Shown: positions 11,096 through 21,657, counted from the stretch's first letter. The stretch is DNA of 64,000 nucleotides from Leptospiraceae bacterium (GCA_040217195.1 JAVJNR010000004.1:640001-704000), one strand, 5' to 3'. The notes: generated from the sequence alone by a model not told the origin. Translations and numbers: made by a program.

Positions 11096-12946
11096 ATGTG
11101 GGTGCTTCATTTGGGGTCTGTCAGACGTTACATTCCAACTGTTTTCTTCGTTTTCGCAGGGTCTCCGCTGCTTTTTGCAGAGGCCCCTGTCTGGAATTTA
11201 GAATCCCATAGATTAGTTTCCGCACCAGGCATTGTCCAGGCGGCTCCGGCCCCCCTGCATCGCACCTATCCTACCTCCACTACTACCTGGAAAGAAGTCA
11301 GTCTGCCTGGAGATCTTATCCGCCAGGGACTTGGGAGCCAGACCTCCTCGGCCTATTATCGATTTAAGGTCGGCCTGGATTCACAGCAAAATAGATACAG
11401 TATTCGAATCGGAGAGATTAGCGATCGAGACCAGGTATACTTCAATGGGCAGCCTCTTGCTTCGACGGGTGAGTGGGATGCAGAAAGTCCTCAGGCATAT
11501 GATCGAATTCGTATATATGATATTCCTGCAGGTGCTGGCCCTGGACCACATGAAATAGTAGTTCAGGTAAGGAATCTCAATAACGATGAGCTGGGGATCT
11601 ACAGAGGACAGATAATAGCCGGCCCATCGTCCATGATCTGGGAACAATACTACCTGGAAATGCTGGGTCAAATTGCCTTGCTGGCTGCCTATCTAACAAC
11701 AGCCGTCTACTTTCTATTTTTATTTGTTCGTCGTCGAGTTGAAAGAGAGTATGCCTATTTCGGTTTCTTTCTGATTTCTCTTGTAATCTATCACTTCTTT
11801 CGCACACAGTTGAAGTTCGAGTTGCCCCTGGACTTTGCAACAATGAAACGAATTCAGTATGCCTCTCTGTTTGGCATGGTGCCTTCATTCTATTTCTTTC
11901 TGGACTCTTTCTACCGACCACAGCATATTTCGTTTCGCATTTCTCGCATGGCGATGACAGCTCTATTGATCGTTCCGGTAGTCTGCATACTATTGATTCT
12001 TAATTCGCACAAAGCAACCGATTGGGAATGGGCAAATCAAAGCCTGGCACAACCGTCCTGGATCCCCCATACCATCCTTTGTTTTGCAATTCTGGTTGCC
12101 AATCTGCATAAGAGAGATGCCCGATTGATGATTCTTGGATTTCTGGCGCTTCTGATCTGCATGATTCTGGATATTCTACAATCCCAGGGATTAACCAATC
12201 TACCTACTCTAACCCCTATTGGCCTGGCCGTTTTTATCCTTGGCATTGCAGGCGTTCTGGCCAATCGATTCGTTCGTTTGAATCAGGAGCTGGCAGAAAC
12301 CAACGCTTCTATACAGAGATTCGTACCAGCCGGTTTCTTGAACCTGCTCGGTAGAAGTGATATCAGGCGAACGTTCCTGGGTGATCAAGTGGCCGTTGAC
12401 CGGATTACTGTCATGTTTACTGATATCCGCGAATTCACCTCCCTTTCGGAAACCATGAGCCCTTCGGAGAACTTTGCTTTTATCAATTCATACTACAAAC
12501 GTGTGGGTCCGGTTATTCGAGCAAACGGAGGCTTCATTGATAAATACCTGGGGGACGGATTCATGGCCCTATTTCCTGCAGGCGCAGACAGGGCGCTGGA
12601 CGCTGCTATTGAAATGCAGAAAACCTTGATAGAGTATAATAGATCCAGAACGGAAAGGAACTTCCGTCCCATCGCGGTGGGTGTGGGTATTCATTCCGGA
12701 CGTTGCATACTGGGTCTTGTGGGCGAAGAAAAACGAATGGACGGCACGGTGATATCCGATGCTGTAAACGTAGCCTCCAGGCTGGAAAAGCTTACTCAGG
12801 AACATGATTGTTTTGCAATTGTTTCAAAGGAAGCCACTGGAACACTAAAGGAAGAGAAAAAGTACAAATTAAAGGATCTTGGATCGGTTCAAGTTCGAGG
12901 GAGACAGGAATCAGTAAGTATCCTGGGACTGGAAGGTACTCTATGA
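11096..12946 (+). CDS. Class III adenylate/guanylate cyclase with extracellular sugar-binding-like and 7TM (DISM-like) domains
   Basis: MFTDIREFT, DKYLGDGFMALF, GIHSG, DAVNVASRLE; seven TM segments. Confidence 0.9.
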   Translation: MWVLHLGSVRRYIPTVFFVFAGSPLLFAEAPVWNLESHRLVSAPGIVQAAPAPLHRTYPTSTTTWKEVSLPGDLIRQGLGSQTSSAYYRFKVGLDSQQNRYSIRIGEISDRDQVYFNGQPLASTGEWDAESPQAYDRIRIYDIPAGAGPGPHEIVVQVRNLNNDELGIYRGQIIAGPSSMIWEQYYLEMLGQIALLAAYLTTAVYFLFLFVRRRVEREYAYFGFFLISLVIYHFFRTQLKFELPLDFATMKRIQYASLFGMVPSFYFFLDSFYRPQHISFRISRMAMTALLIVPVVCILLILNSHKATDWEWANQSLAQPSWIPHTILCFAILVANLHKRDARLMILGFLALLICMILDILQSQGLTNLPTLTPIGLAVFILGIAGVLANRFVRLNQELAETNASIQRFVPAGFLNLLGRSDIRRTFLGDQVAVDRITVMFTDIREFTSLSETMSPSENFAFINSYYKRVGPVIRANGGFIDKYLGDGFMALFPAGADRALDAAIEMQKTLIEYNRSRTERNFRPIAVGVGIHSGRCILGLVGEEKRMDGTVISDAVNVASRLEKLTQEHDCFAIVSKEATGTLKEEKKYKLKDLGSVQVRGRQESVSILGLEGTL

Positions 12947-13650
12947 AATATCTACGAATTCTGGATGCATTTTCGATTACCAGCTATGCCGGCCTGAGCA
13001 TCTGGTTGCTGATTCGTTCTGCAGAAACGTTCCAGTCTCATCCCAATCCAGGTTTCTTCATCTATATCCCTTTGATTCTTATCCTGGCCTATCTGGCTGC
13101 AGACCTGCTTTCCGGGGTGGTGCATTTCCTGGCTGACAACTTTGGAAGTGCGAATACATTTATTCTGGGCCCTGCCCTGGTTCATCCATTTAGAGATCAT
13201 CATGTTGATCCCGAAGGAATCACCAGGCATGGATTTCTGGAAACGAACGGAAACAATTGCCTCATATGTGTTCCCATTTTGCTGGGCATGCATTATGCTT
13301 ACGATTCGCTGCGACCGGGCTGGGCCTTTATAATGGCCCTGGCAGTGAATGCTACGCTATTCTTTATTTTTCTCACCAATCAGTTCCACAAATGGGCGCA
13401 CCAGACGTTTCCTCCGGCTGCGGTGAGAACTCTTCAGCGAATGGGGCTGATTCTGAGTCCATCCCATCACTCGGTGCACCACAGGGCCCCCCATCTCAGA
13501 AACTATTGTATCACCTCCGGCTGGTTAAACCCGTTGCTCGACAGATCCGGGGTCCTCACAGCCATTCTGAGGATTTCTGGCAAATTGAGCGAATCCACAG
13601 AAAATCAGCTTGAGCAAACAGAGGACTCCAGGCGCAGATTCAACGCCTGA
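12943..13650 (+). CDS. CarF/TMEM189-family lipid desaturase
   Basis: His boxes HFLADNFG, PFRDHH, ITRH, FHKWAH, HHSVHH, YCITSGW; ATGA overlap with the cyclase stop. Confidence 0.85.
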   Translation: MKYLRILDAFSITSYAGLSIWLLIRSAETFQSHPNPGFFIYIPLILILAYLAADLLSGVVHFLADNFGSANTFILGPALVHPFRDHHVDPEGITRHGFLETNGNNCLICVPILLGMHYAYDSLRPGWAFIMALAVNATLFFIFLTNQFHKWAHQTFPPAAVRTLQRMGLILSPSHHSVHHRAPHLRNYCITSGWLNPLLDRSGVLTAILRISGKLSESTENQLEQTEDSRRRFNA

Positions 13651-13760
13651 TGCGGGCACTGTGAAGCCCATTTTGAGCTCAGAATCTTGCTCGCCCATTT
13701 TTCTCCGGGTCGGATTTATTTAGTTGCAATATTAAAACTAAGCAGTAGCCTCCCACCCCG

Positions 13761-14393
13761 ATGGGGTTACTCCAAAAGGATCTACCGGTTTCCTTGATGC
13801 CGGAAAAGGATAACCCCGAGGGGAATCGATTTCAGGGAAAACTTCATGGGGTAAATGCAAAGTTTATCCTGATCGCCACCGAAGAACAGTCCGGAATTAC
13901 AGAAGGACACCCGGTTACAGTGGAGTTCTGGATTGATCGGTCCGCCTACAGGTTTGAATCAAAAATAGCTCGAATCCTTCCTTCCGGAATTGTGGCTGTA
14001 CAGAAGCCAAAGGTCATCCATAAGTCCAGGATTCGAGAAGGGAATCGAGTCTTTCTGGATATGAAGATCCACTTTACTCCCTGGTCCGATAGCGGCCGAT
14101 TTGAAGCTCAGCTACTGGACATAAGCGAAACAGGCGTTCGAATGGTGGGCCGTAAACAGCTTCAAAAAGATGCATTGATCAGCCTGGACTTTTATGTAAA
14201 GGAAGCCAGAGCCAGGATAATTTCTCAGGGGATGGTGATCTGGTCTCAGCCCACCGAGGAAAATGATTACCTATTTGAAAGCGGAGTCCAGTTTACCACC
14301 CTGTCCAATGAGAATCGCAAGAAGCTCGGACGATATTTAAAACAGCTACCAACCACAGAAGGCGAAACGGAGCAATCTGCCTTTTCCGGATAA
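13761..14393 (+). CDS. PilZ-domain (YcgR-like) c-di-GMP effector
   Basis: REGNR (RxxxR) and DISETG (DxSxxG). Confidence 0.8.
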   Translation: MGLLQKDLPVSLMPEKDNPEGNRFQGKLHGVNAKFILIATEEQSGITEGHPVTVEFWIDRSAYRFESKIARILPSGIVAVQKPKVIHKSRIREGNRVFLDMKIHFTPWSDSGRFEAQLLDISETGVRMVGRKQLQKDALISLDFYVKEARARIISQGMVIWSQPTEENDYLFESGVQFTTLSNENRKKLGRYLKQLPTTEGETEQSAFSG

Positions 14394-14440
14394 TCAATGA
14401 TTTTGTTTACAGCAGTAAGGCATTGCATCTCCCTGTTGGC

Positions 14441-15016
14441 ATGAAGAGATTCAAAATTATTGCTGGTATTGTTGCCTCCATGATGTTCGCAACGCAATGT
14501 GCATACCTGCCCGTATTGAACGGCGGTAGCGAATCCGGGGAAACCACCTCACCTTCCGAATCCGCCACACGCACAGCTCTATTCCTTGCAGAGGCTAGAC
14601 TGAAAGGGCATTCGATTGCAATTCTAGGCGAAGAAAGTGCGGATGGAGTGCGTAGATTTTCCGTTCTGAATATATCCGGTAAAACCATTAATAAAGCCAC
14701 GATTAGCTTCTTTGCTCTGGACGAGTCTGGAAATAAGATCTTTAACGATAAGTCTGCCGGGAAAGATGCCCTGGAAGAAAACCTGGTTATTTCCGAACTG
14801 GAAGGGGATATCAAACCGGGTGCCTGGGGCGATGTTGAAATCCAGGAAAGTGAACTGCCCAACTGGGAATCCACCAGGTTCAGGAGTTATGAAATTACAT
14901 TTACCGATGGTAAAAGTGCTCGTTCCAGCGCACCGGCCTCGGAGTATGTACTGGGTGGCGTGGATGCGGCCGAGGCCAGCCGGGCCCTTCGCATGTATGA
15001 TGAGCGTAACAAATAG
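14441..15016 (+). CDS. Hypothetical lipoprotein
   Basis: MKRFK plus hydrophobic stretch plus Cys (FATQC). Confidence 0.6.
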   Translation: MKRFKIIAGIVASMMFATQCAYLPVLNGGSESGETTSPSESATRTALFLAEARLKGHSIAILGEESADGVRRFSVLNISGKTINKATISFFALDESGNKIFNDKSAGKDALEENLVISELEGDIKPGAWGDVEIQESELPNWESTRFRSYEITFTDGKSARSSAPASEYVLGGVDAAEASRALRMYDERNK

Positions 15017-15073
15017 GTTGTTCAAACCAGGCTTCGGGTCATGCTGAATCGACCCGAAGCAAATCTATAAAAG

Positions 15074-15922
15074 ATGAAAGAAGAGTCCCACCAGGTCAGC
15101 TGGAGAAGCAAGCTTTATGAGATTATATTTCTCTCGGATACACCTTCCGGCAAAGCTTTCGATCTAATCCTTATCGGAATCATATTGCTCAGCATTTTTG
15201 TGGTGAGCATTGAGAGTGTAACCGGCTTATCTCCAGACATCTACAGAACTACACGAATCGTGGAATGGGTACTGACCGGTGTATTCACGGTTGAATATCT
15301 GGCTCGCATTCTTTCCCTTCGCAATCCCCGGCACTATATCCTTAGCTTTTTTGGAATAGTAGACCTTCTCGCTCTATTACCTACTTACCTGGCTCTAGTA
15401 TTTGTGGGATCGCAGTACTTGATTGTTATTCGAGGATTACGCCTTCTTCGAATCTTTCGAGTATTGAAGCTGTTTCGCTTCATGGGAGAAGCGAATCTAC
15501 TGTACAATGCTATGCGATCTTCCATGCCCAAGATTATAGTATTCTTAATTACCATAATCAACGCTGCCATTATTTCGGGTACAATCCTGTATCTGGTAGA
15601 AGGGGAAGCCTCCGGTTTCACAAGCATTCCCAGAAGCATTTACTGGGCCATTGTAACCATGACCACTGTGGGCTACGGAGATATTTCTCCCGCCACTCCC
15701 CTGGGTCAGACCATAGCCAGTGTCATTATGATCATGGGTTATGCAATTCTGGCTGTTCCGACGGGCATTGTTTCTGTGGAATTGGCCCAGGCTCAGAATG
15801 CAGGCAGGCTGGCCATTCGCTGCCCGGCCTGCGCACGAGATGGGCACGATTCGGATGCAGAATACTGCAAACATTGTGGTCATGGACTGGAACAGTACAA
15901 AGAGCAGTCACAGAAACCCTGA
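15074..15922 (+). CDS. Voltage-gated potassium channel-like ion transporter
   Basis: S4 RGLRLLRIFRVLK, selectivity filter TMTTVGYGD, C-terminal CxxC...CxxC. Confidence 0.92.
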   Translation: MKEESHQVSWRSKLYEIIFLSDTPSGKAFDLILIGIILLSIFVVSIESVTGLSPDIYRTTRIVEWVLTGVFTVEYLARILSLRNPRHYILSFFGIVDLLALLPTYLALVFVGSQYLIVIRGLRLLRIFRVLKLFRFMGEANLLYNAMRSSMPKIIVFLITIINAAIISGTILYLVEGEASGFTSIPRSIYWAIVTMTTVGYGDISPATPLGQTIASVIMIMGYAILAVPTGIVSVELAQAQNAGRLAIRCPACARDGHDSDAEYCKHCGHGLEQYKEQSQKP

Positions 15923-16009
15923 GACCCCCTTTATTGGCATTGCTCCCGGTGAAAATCTATCTCATTGAATTGCTCTATTCCATACAGGGCGGCCGGGTCC
16001 GAATTGTAC

Positions 16010-17068
16010 CTAGGCCACAGACAGGGTTCGCCTGGCTCTGCGAAAGAAGTGGCCGAAACCTGCAAGCAATCCTGGAACATGATGAATAGAACCCAGAACA
16101 CTGGTCTGGTCCCCGTGAGATAGTAGAGGAGTGATTGTGAGCCGAACGTCTCGGCCCGAGTCCTTAAGCATTCGATGCAATTGCCTGGATTCAGAAGCAG
16201 GCACAACTCTATCATCCTGTCCATGTATGAGAGTTACCGCGGCCTTCAAGTTCTGGATCACTGAAGAATTGGCCACACTCAAATCGTCCGGGCTATGCCC
16301 GCGGACCCTTCCCTGCTTTTCAATAACATTCCAGTGAAATCGTCGCACGGCAACACTGGAACGAATCGATTCAAAAAGCTTTCGATCTGAAGGAGCCATT
16401 CTTTTCAAGCAGGAGGGCAGTTCCGGCTCTCTGTAATGAAAATAGCTATCCTCGATGGCTATCTTTAGAGCCCTTTCCAGTTGCGGATTATGGCCGATGG
16501 AAAGATGCAGATAGTTTAGAAGCAGGATGAGTCTTCCGTACTCATCCACATCGGAATCCACAAAAAGTTTTTCGATTACATTTGGTGCGCTGGCAAAAGA
16601 TCCCAGAGCACAGATGGCATCCACTCCCTGCCTTACGGCCGGGTCCGCCGCCGCAATAAGACTTACAGTCCCGGCGAAAGAAGGCGCGAAAATACTTACA
16701 TGACCATCAGGACACAGATCCTGTTTATTCTGAGCGGCTTCAATGAATGATCGCACCTGCCTGACATTCTGAACGCCAATGCGATAGTTGCAAAGATCCT
16801 GCATAAAGGGCGATATCACTCGATACCCGATGCCGGCCATTGCCTGGTTCAATCTCTGAAACCTGGGGTCCTTGTTCCCCAGAGGCGCCAGGCCATTAAT
16901 GGTTAAAATCACTCCACGACACCGGGAGGCAGGCAATGGAGCACCTCTGAGTAAAGGATCGTATATATCGATGCGAACCTCTCCATCATCCGTATCTAGA
17001 ATATCCTCCGAAAGACGATGAGGACGAAAACGGCCGGTAAGCATTTGAAAAAGAAATCCAGCGGACAT
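16010..17068 (-). CDS. Alpha/beta-hydrolase fold protein
   Basis: APSFAG nucleophile-elbow variant, LIHGQDDRVVP, LSHGD. Confidence 0.7.
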   Translation of the reverse strand: MSAGFLFQMLTGRFRPHRLSEDILDTDDGEVRIDIYDPLLRGAPLPASRCRGVILTINGLAPLGNKDPRFQRLNQAMAGIGYRVISPFMQDLCNYRIGVQNVRQVRSFIEAAQNKQDLCPDGHVSIFAPSFAGTVSLIAAADPAVRQGVDAICALGSFASAPNVIEKLFVDSDVDEYGRLILLLNYLHLSIGHNPQLERALKIAIEDSYFHYREPELPSCLKRMAPSDRKLFESIRSSVAVRRFHWNVIEKQGRVRGHSPDDLSVANSSVIQNLKAAVTLIHGQDDRVVPASESRQLHRMLKDSGRDVRLTITPLLSHGDQTSVLGSIHHVPGLLAGFGHFFRRARRTLSVA

Positions 17069-17118
17069 GCATCCAGAGAGCCCGATCTCATGTCAATTGC
17101 ATGGCAGTAATATGAAGA

Positions 17119-18303
17119 TTAGCTGGCTTTCCGTCTCCATTCCATGGGTGTCCCTCCCTTGTATTCTTTGAACAATCGATTGAATGTAGCCTTGGAGCTA
17201 AACCCGGATTCCAGGGCCACTCTAATGACCGGCCAGTTAGAATAACCAGGGTCCGCAAGGAGCTCGGAGGCATGTTCTACCCGAAGTCCATTAATGTAAC
17301 GATAGAAGTTCTGGTTTATGCCCTGGTTCAGAAGGAAACTTACCTGATGACGGCTCCGACCAAGCATCCTGGCCAGACTTTCCAGGGTTAAGTCCGAATC
17401 CAGATATAGTCTCTGACTTTCAATAGAGTTTCTTAACTCTTGAACCTCCTGGTCGGATGGTCCTTCCGGGACATCTTCCTTCCATTCAAGATTGGCCTCA
17501 CGGGCTGGAATTTGATCGTTCTGAAATATTAGATTCTCTGGCTCAGTTGGCCGATCGTCTGTACCGCCGGAATCGTCGGATTCGGAGTAAACTGGCCTCT
17601 GCCGGGCAAGAAACAGAGAAAAAGATACAATAAGTAATAGAAAGCCAGATCCATGTAGCTCTTGATTCAACTCCGGACCCGATGGCCAGATCGTCCCTGT
17701 GGTACGATGGATGGCTAGAAAAAGGTTAATAAACAAAAACAAAGCCAGTAGCACATAGGCAGATCGCAGGCTTTTCATCTCATTGATTTGCGAAAGTTTT
17801 TCGGCTATTCTCCGATTGTGTTTACGAAGCAGAATAAAGATCAAAGCGCTATATAAAACGGTCATCCCGACGTCCAGAAATGGCATGAAGCCCGGGCCGC
17901 GAGGGGCCGGAGGTCCGGGCGGACCGGAAAGACCGGGGGCTGGTGGCCCTCCTCCGAAATAAGGGATCAATGCGATGACTACAAAGAGCAGGGCCGGCGG
18001 AAGCCACTCGATCATTCGTAGCCTGACATCTGGTCGGGTAAGCTTACGAATAAAAAGATAAAACAGTGGTCCATAGATCAGGGGTATGGCAGGTAAAAGC
18101 AGAAATCGGGGCAAATGCTCTATGAGACCAGCGTTCACCAGAAGAGGCTGCACCAGAGGTCGCAGCATTGTAAATAACCAGACGAAAGCCAGAAAATCCA
18201 GAACCGGTCGCTTCTCCTGCGATGGCCTGGTTAGAATTATCAATGCGGAAAATACAAGGATTGCAAGTCCGGCAACAATTGCATATTTCGTATCGGGAAA
18301 CAT
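17119..18303 (-). CDS. Membrane-anchored AraC-family regulator
   Basis: N-terminal TM helices; C-terminal LYLDSDLTL...GFSSKATFNRLFK...TP. Confidence 0.88.
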   Translation of the reverse strand: MFPDTKYAIVAGLAILVFSALIILTRPSQEKRPVLDFLAFVWLFTMLRPLVQPLLVNAGLIEHLPRFLLLPAIPLIYGPLFYLFIRKLTRPDVRLRMIEWLPPALLFVVIALIPYFGGGPPAPGLSGPPGPPAPRGPGFMPFLDVGMTVLYSALIFILLRKHNRRIAEKLSQINEMKSLRSAYVLLALFLFINLFLAIHRTTGTIWPSGPELNQELHGSGFLLLIVSFSLFLARQRPVYSESDDSGGTDDRPTEPENLIFQNDQIPAREANLEWKEDVPEGPSDQEVQELRNSIESQRLYLDSDLTLESLARMLGRSRHQVSFLLNQGINQNFYRYINGLRVEHASELLADPGYSNWPVIRVALESGFSSKATFNRLFKEYKGGTPMEWRRKAS

Positions 18304-18333
18304 AATGCATCCCCGGGATTGTCTCTGGACTGA

Positions 18334-19077
18334 TTATTTTTCCTGATGCAGAAGTCGAATATCTGCTACAAGACGTTTAAGATCCCCGGATCCTCTTACG
18401 TTGTAAATTCCGCGTAAATATCCATTCCGGTCCACTAGAAAAGCTTCCTCTGAATGCAGAAAGTCCTGGGCTCCTTTTCTGGATCTTAATTCAGTGTCTG
18501 CGCCAAAGGTATCCCTTGCAAGGGAATAGATCCGTTCTCGGTTACCGGTGAGCAAATGCCAGTTCACTTCCTGAATTCCCAATCGCCCAGCATAGTCCTT
18601 CATTACTTTTGGAGTATCCACATCAGGTGTTACTGATAGTGAAATCATTTCAACTTTCTGCAGATCGGAAATGTCATTTTGCACCTGACGGAGTCGAGGC
18701 ATGATCATGGGACAGATGCCGTTGCACTCAGTGAAAAAGAAATTCGCCAGGTAAATATTTCCAGATAGTTCTGAACTACCAAAGCCCTGCCCATTTTGAT
18801 CCACAAAGCTAAATCCAGGAACTCTTCTGGCATCTTCTGGCAATTCCTGTTTTTTCCATACAGGCTGAAAGTCCGAACCCGCCAGGTAGGGCAGTCGATT
18901 GGGATCCCCTTCAGCGAAGCTGCGAATATCCTCTCCGTAACGTTCCCTGGGGTCGAAGTCCTGATTTTCCCTTTTACAGCCTGCAAATGCTATTAGCAAA
19001 ACCACAGCCATGATCGGCGAAATCGTAACTGCCAGGCATTTCGGAAAAAAACGAATCTCTGATTTGATTCCTTTCAT
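18334..19077 (-). CDS. SCO family copper chaperone (lipoprotein)
   Basis: FFFTECNGICP (CxxxC), FLHSE, FAGC lipobox. Confidence 0.9.
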   Translation of the reverse strand: MKGIKSEIRFFPKCLAVTISPIMAVVLLIAFAGCKRENQDFDPRERYGEDIRSFAEGDPNRLPYLAGSDFQPVWKKQELPEDARRVPGFSFVDQNGQGFGSSELSGNIYLANFFFTECNGICPMIMPRLRQVQNDISDLQKVEMISLSVTPDVDTPKVMKDYAGRLGIQEVNWHLLTGNRERIYSLARDTFGADTELRSRKGAQDFLHSEEAFLVDRNGYLRGIYNVRGSGDLKRLVADIRLLHQEK

Positions 19078-19109
19078 ATAATCACTCCTTCTGAGGCCGA
19101 TCTGGACCT

Positions 19110-19682
19110 TTAATTGCGGCTAGCTTTTATGAGCTCAGGAATGGTTGCTTCTACTCCATTGCATAGATCGCTACCTATCAAGCCCACAATTCGATGAGAT
19201 CCTACCTGTACATAGTTGGAGTATATCTGGCCTGTGTATCTCCAGGTCTTATGACCTATTGGCTTTCCGGAAACAAATTGCGAATAGGTATAAAGCTTCC
19301 CGTTTTCATGCCAGGAATAGGCTTCTCCATGCTGCACTCCATCTTCGTATTCTATGAAGAATCGCATCTGCCCGGACCGATACCAGCCGCGATGAATTCC
19401 TGTGCGTTTTCCCATTTCATGGGGGCGCTCCGAGGCCAGCCGTCCATCGTTGTACCATTCCCGTTCAATGCCATGGATCTTTCCGTCTATATACGGAGTC
19501 TCCCGCCAGCCCCCTGGGAGTTCTGTTCGCATGATTCCTTGATAGACATCGCCCTCAAAAAGCATGATTCCATTGCTGATCTGAAAACCGGGATGGGAGT
19601 TCAACACTCCCTCCCGATTCCTTCTACAACCGGGCCCTGCTGCAAGCAGAACCACCAGTAAAATCCAACTGGACGCTCGCAT
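19110..19682 (-). CDS. MORN-variant repeat (YwqK-like) exported protein
   Basis: Repeats GKIHGIEREWY, GKRTGIHRGWY, GVQHGEAYSWH; signal peptide; GAGG RBS before ATG 19682. Confidence 0.8.
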   Translation of the reverse strand: MRASSWILLVVLLAAGPGCRRNREGVLNSHPGFQISNGIMLFEGDVYQGIMRTELPGGWRETPYIDGKIHGIEREWYNDGRLASERPHEMGKRTGIHRGWYRSGQMRFFIEYEDGVQHGEAYSWHENGKLYTYSQFVSGKPIGHKTWRYTGQIYSNYVQVGSHRIVGLIGSDLCNGVEATIPELIKASRN

Positions 19683-19692
19683 TAGAGCTACC

Positions 19693-20535
19693 TCAGTTGC
19701 TAACCGTGCCTTTGGTACCGTGAAAATCCTGCTTGAGCACAAGATAGCCTCCGGAACCTGCATCATAGTTCACATGATAGTGGTAAACACTGGTGCCCAG
19801 CGTTGAGTGAGTATGCGTATGTCCGCCATTGGCATCCAAAGCCGGTGTGCCTGTGCCTGGAGGATTACCGCTGGGATCGTTACGTCCGAAAATGGCGTAT
19901 CCGTCCAGCGCGATTCCAACTAGTTCAGAACCATTGTTGGTAATCTTATAGGGTTCAGTATGATGGTGATACTGTCCGATGTCTGTGGGATGCCCATTGC
20001 CGGAATCCATTGTATCCAGTTCGGCTGCCAGGGTATCTCCGGGCGCGGCTGCATTGTTATAAACCGCCAGACCATTCGTAGTTACTCCCATGGCTCCAAA
20101 GTCGGTGGTACTCCCGCCTGTATCCGGTGTGGCTGGAATGGTAAGTGTAATATTCTGCGAAGAGATGGTATTCGGATTGGCTGAATTTCCTGATGGAAAG
20201 TCATTCAAATAGCAGCCCGAGATCTGACTGTAATATCCATTCTGATACGGTGGAAGGTTACTTGTTTGAAATACGTAGTTTCCTCCGCTGGATGTAATGG
20301 TCATACAGGTGAAGTTATCTTTGATCCAGGAAGGTAGCGATGTATCGTTGTTTGTTACACAGGAGTTACATCCTGCAGAAGAAGATGCAAGAGCCAGCAC
20401 TCCCAGAGCTACTACATCATCGTTACCGTCATCGGATTGAAGCAAATCGCAGCTTCCCACCGAACCTATGGTCAGCGACAACGAAAGTAGCGTTGCCCAT
20501 AGAATGCCTGTTTTTCTATTCTTTAAATCTTTCAT
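19693..20535 (-). CDS. YHYH-family lipoprotein
   Basis: GHP...YHHH, GIALDGYAIFG, LDANGGH, YHYH; lipobox VGSC. Confidence 0.85.
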   Translation of the reverse strand: MKDLKNRKTGILWATLLSLSLTIGSVGSCDLLQSDDGNDDVVALGVLALASSSAGCNSCVTNNDTSLPSWIKDNFTCMTITSSGGNYVFQTSNLPPYQNGYYSQISGCYLNDFPSGNSANPNTISSQNITLTIPATPDTGGSTTDFGAMGVTTNGLAVYNNAAAPGDTLAAELDTMDSGNGHPTDIGQYHHHTEPYKITNNGSELVGIALDGYAIFGRNDPSGNPPGTGTPALDANGGHTHTHSTLGTSVYHYHVNYDAGSGGYLVLKQDFHGTKGTVSN

Positions 20536-20666
20536 GGGAAATCTCCAAATCTTTTGGAACAGCCGAATTCAAAATCCAGCTGCTTTCTACACTCAACAGA
20601 CTGGAAAACGGTCCAGAATCTACAACTGCAAATGCGCCCATGGGGCCCCTAACCCCCTAAAACAGG

Positions 20667-20688
20667 GTCTCATTCGATCCAATGAGAC
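20667..20688. promoter_or_regulatory. Perfect 8-6-8 inverted repeat upstream of the YHYH operon
   Basis: GTCTCATT-CGATCC-AATGAGAC. Confidence 0.4.
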
Positions 20689-21104
20689 AGGGAAGCCCCC
20701 TAATTCGCCTGCATCCTGATTATATGATCCATGGATCGACCTAACGCATAAACTCCATCCCTCCGGGAGTTTCCTGGTTTCGATTAGTGATGGCTTTCGC
20801 CCCCCGGGCCAGGCAGTAGAATAACCTGGCTTATTCCGGTGCCAGGATTACCTTGCCTAAAGCAAAGGAAGGCAAGAGCCATCAGATGCCAGAACGTCGG
20901 GTGAGCATACATCCCGTATGTATGCTGGTACAGGAATTCGGCCTTGCCCCCGGAGCAACTGTACCGGCCAGAATTAACCTCGAATTGATCGCAGAGGTAC
21001 TGCGAGATTGGAACAGGCATGATGCAGGTCTATCTTAGCGCGGTGCATGCACCAGGACTCTCCGGAATCCATCTTCTTAAGAGACCGGCACTTTCCCGGG
21101 AAGC

Positions 21105-21656
21105 TCATGTGGATTGGCCTTTCCGCTGCCTTACCTTGCGGATATAGATTTTCTTTTCTACTCTTGATACCACTCGATCCTGTTCATCAAGAATGGATAC
21201 ATGAAAGGTCTCTATGGTCTTTCTTTTGATGGCTACCTCTTCTCGGATCCTATCCAGTGTGGACTCATCCAGACTGAACTCGGCCCGCACCTTTCCCTGA
21301 CCTGGTCTCACAAACTCAATACTTCCAGCCTGATCCCAGACAATGTAAGAAGGACCCAACCGTTTCATCAGAAGGAACATATAAAATGGATCACACATCG
21401 CATATAGAGAGCCACCAAAATGGACGCCTACGTAATTGGTATTCCAGAATCTCTGCTTCATCTCCACAATAATACGATCGTAGTTCTTGCTCAAATGAGT
21501 CAGCCGAACCCCGGCTCCCAGATAAGGTGAGTACAGCATTATAGCCCATCTCAGCCCAAAGACTTTTTCAGCCCATCGCCAGAGAAAGTACGGCTGAAAA
21601 TCAGTTTCTCCATCTCCAGTGAGTCTTCTCTTTCGGTTTTCAGATTGCTTTTTCAT
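21105..21656 (-). CDS. Hotdog-fold thioesterase-like protein (DUF4442/YiiD-like)
   Basis: NTNYVGVHFGGSLYAMCDPFYM, VWDQAGSIEF. Confidence 0.8.
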   Translation of the reverse strand: MKKQSENRKRRLTGDGETDFQPYFLWRWAEKVFGLRWAIMLYSPYLGAGVRLTHLSKNYDRIIVEMKQRFWNTNYVGVHFGGSLYAMCDPFYMFLLMKRLGPSYIVWDQAGSIEFVRPGQGKVRAEFSLDESTLDRIREEVAIKRKTIETFHVSILDEQDRVVSRVEKKIYIRKVRQRKGQST

Positions 21657-21657
21657 A

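Noticed and set aside
19110..19682. Toxin-antitoxin module (YwqK label)
   Set aside because: No toxin gene nearby; the protein is exported within an SCO/YHYH operon
20784..21038. Small ORFs between the YHYH and thioesterase genes
   Set aside because: No RBS or recognisable motif; cannot be supported
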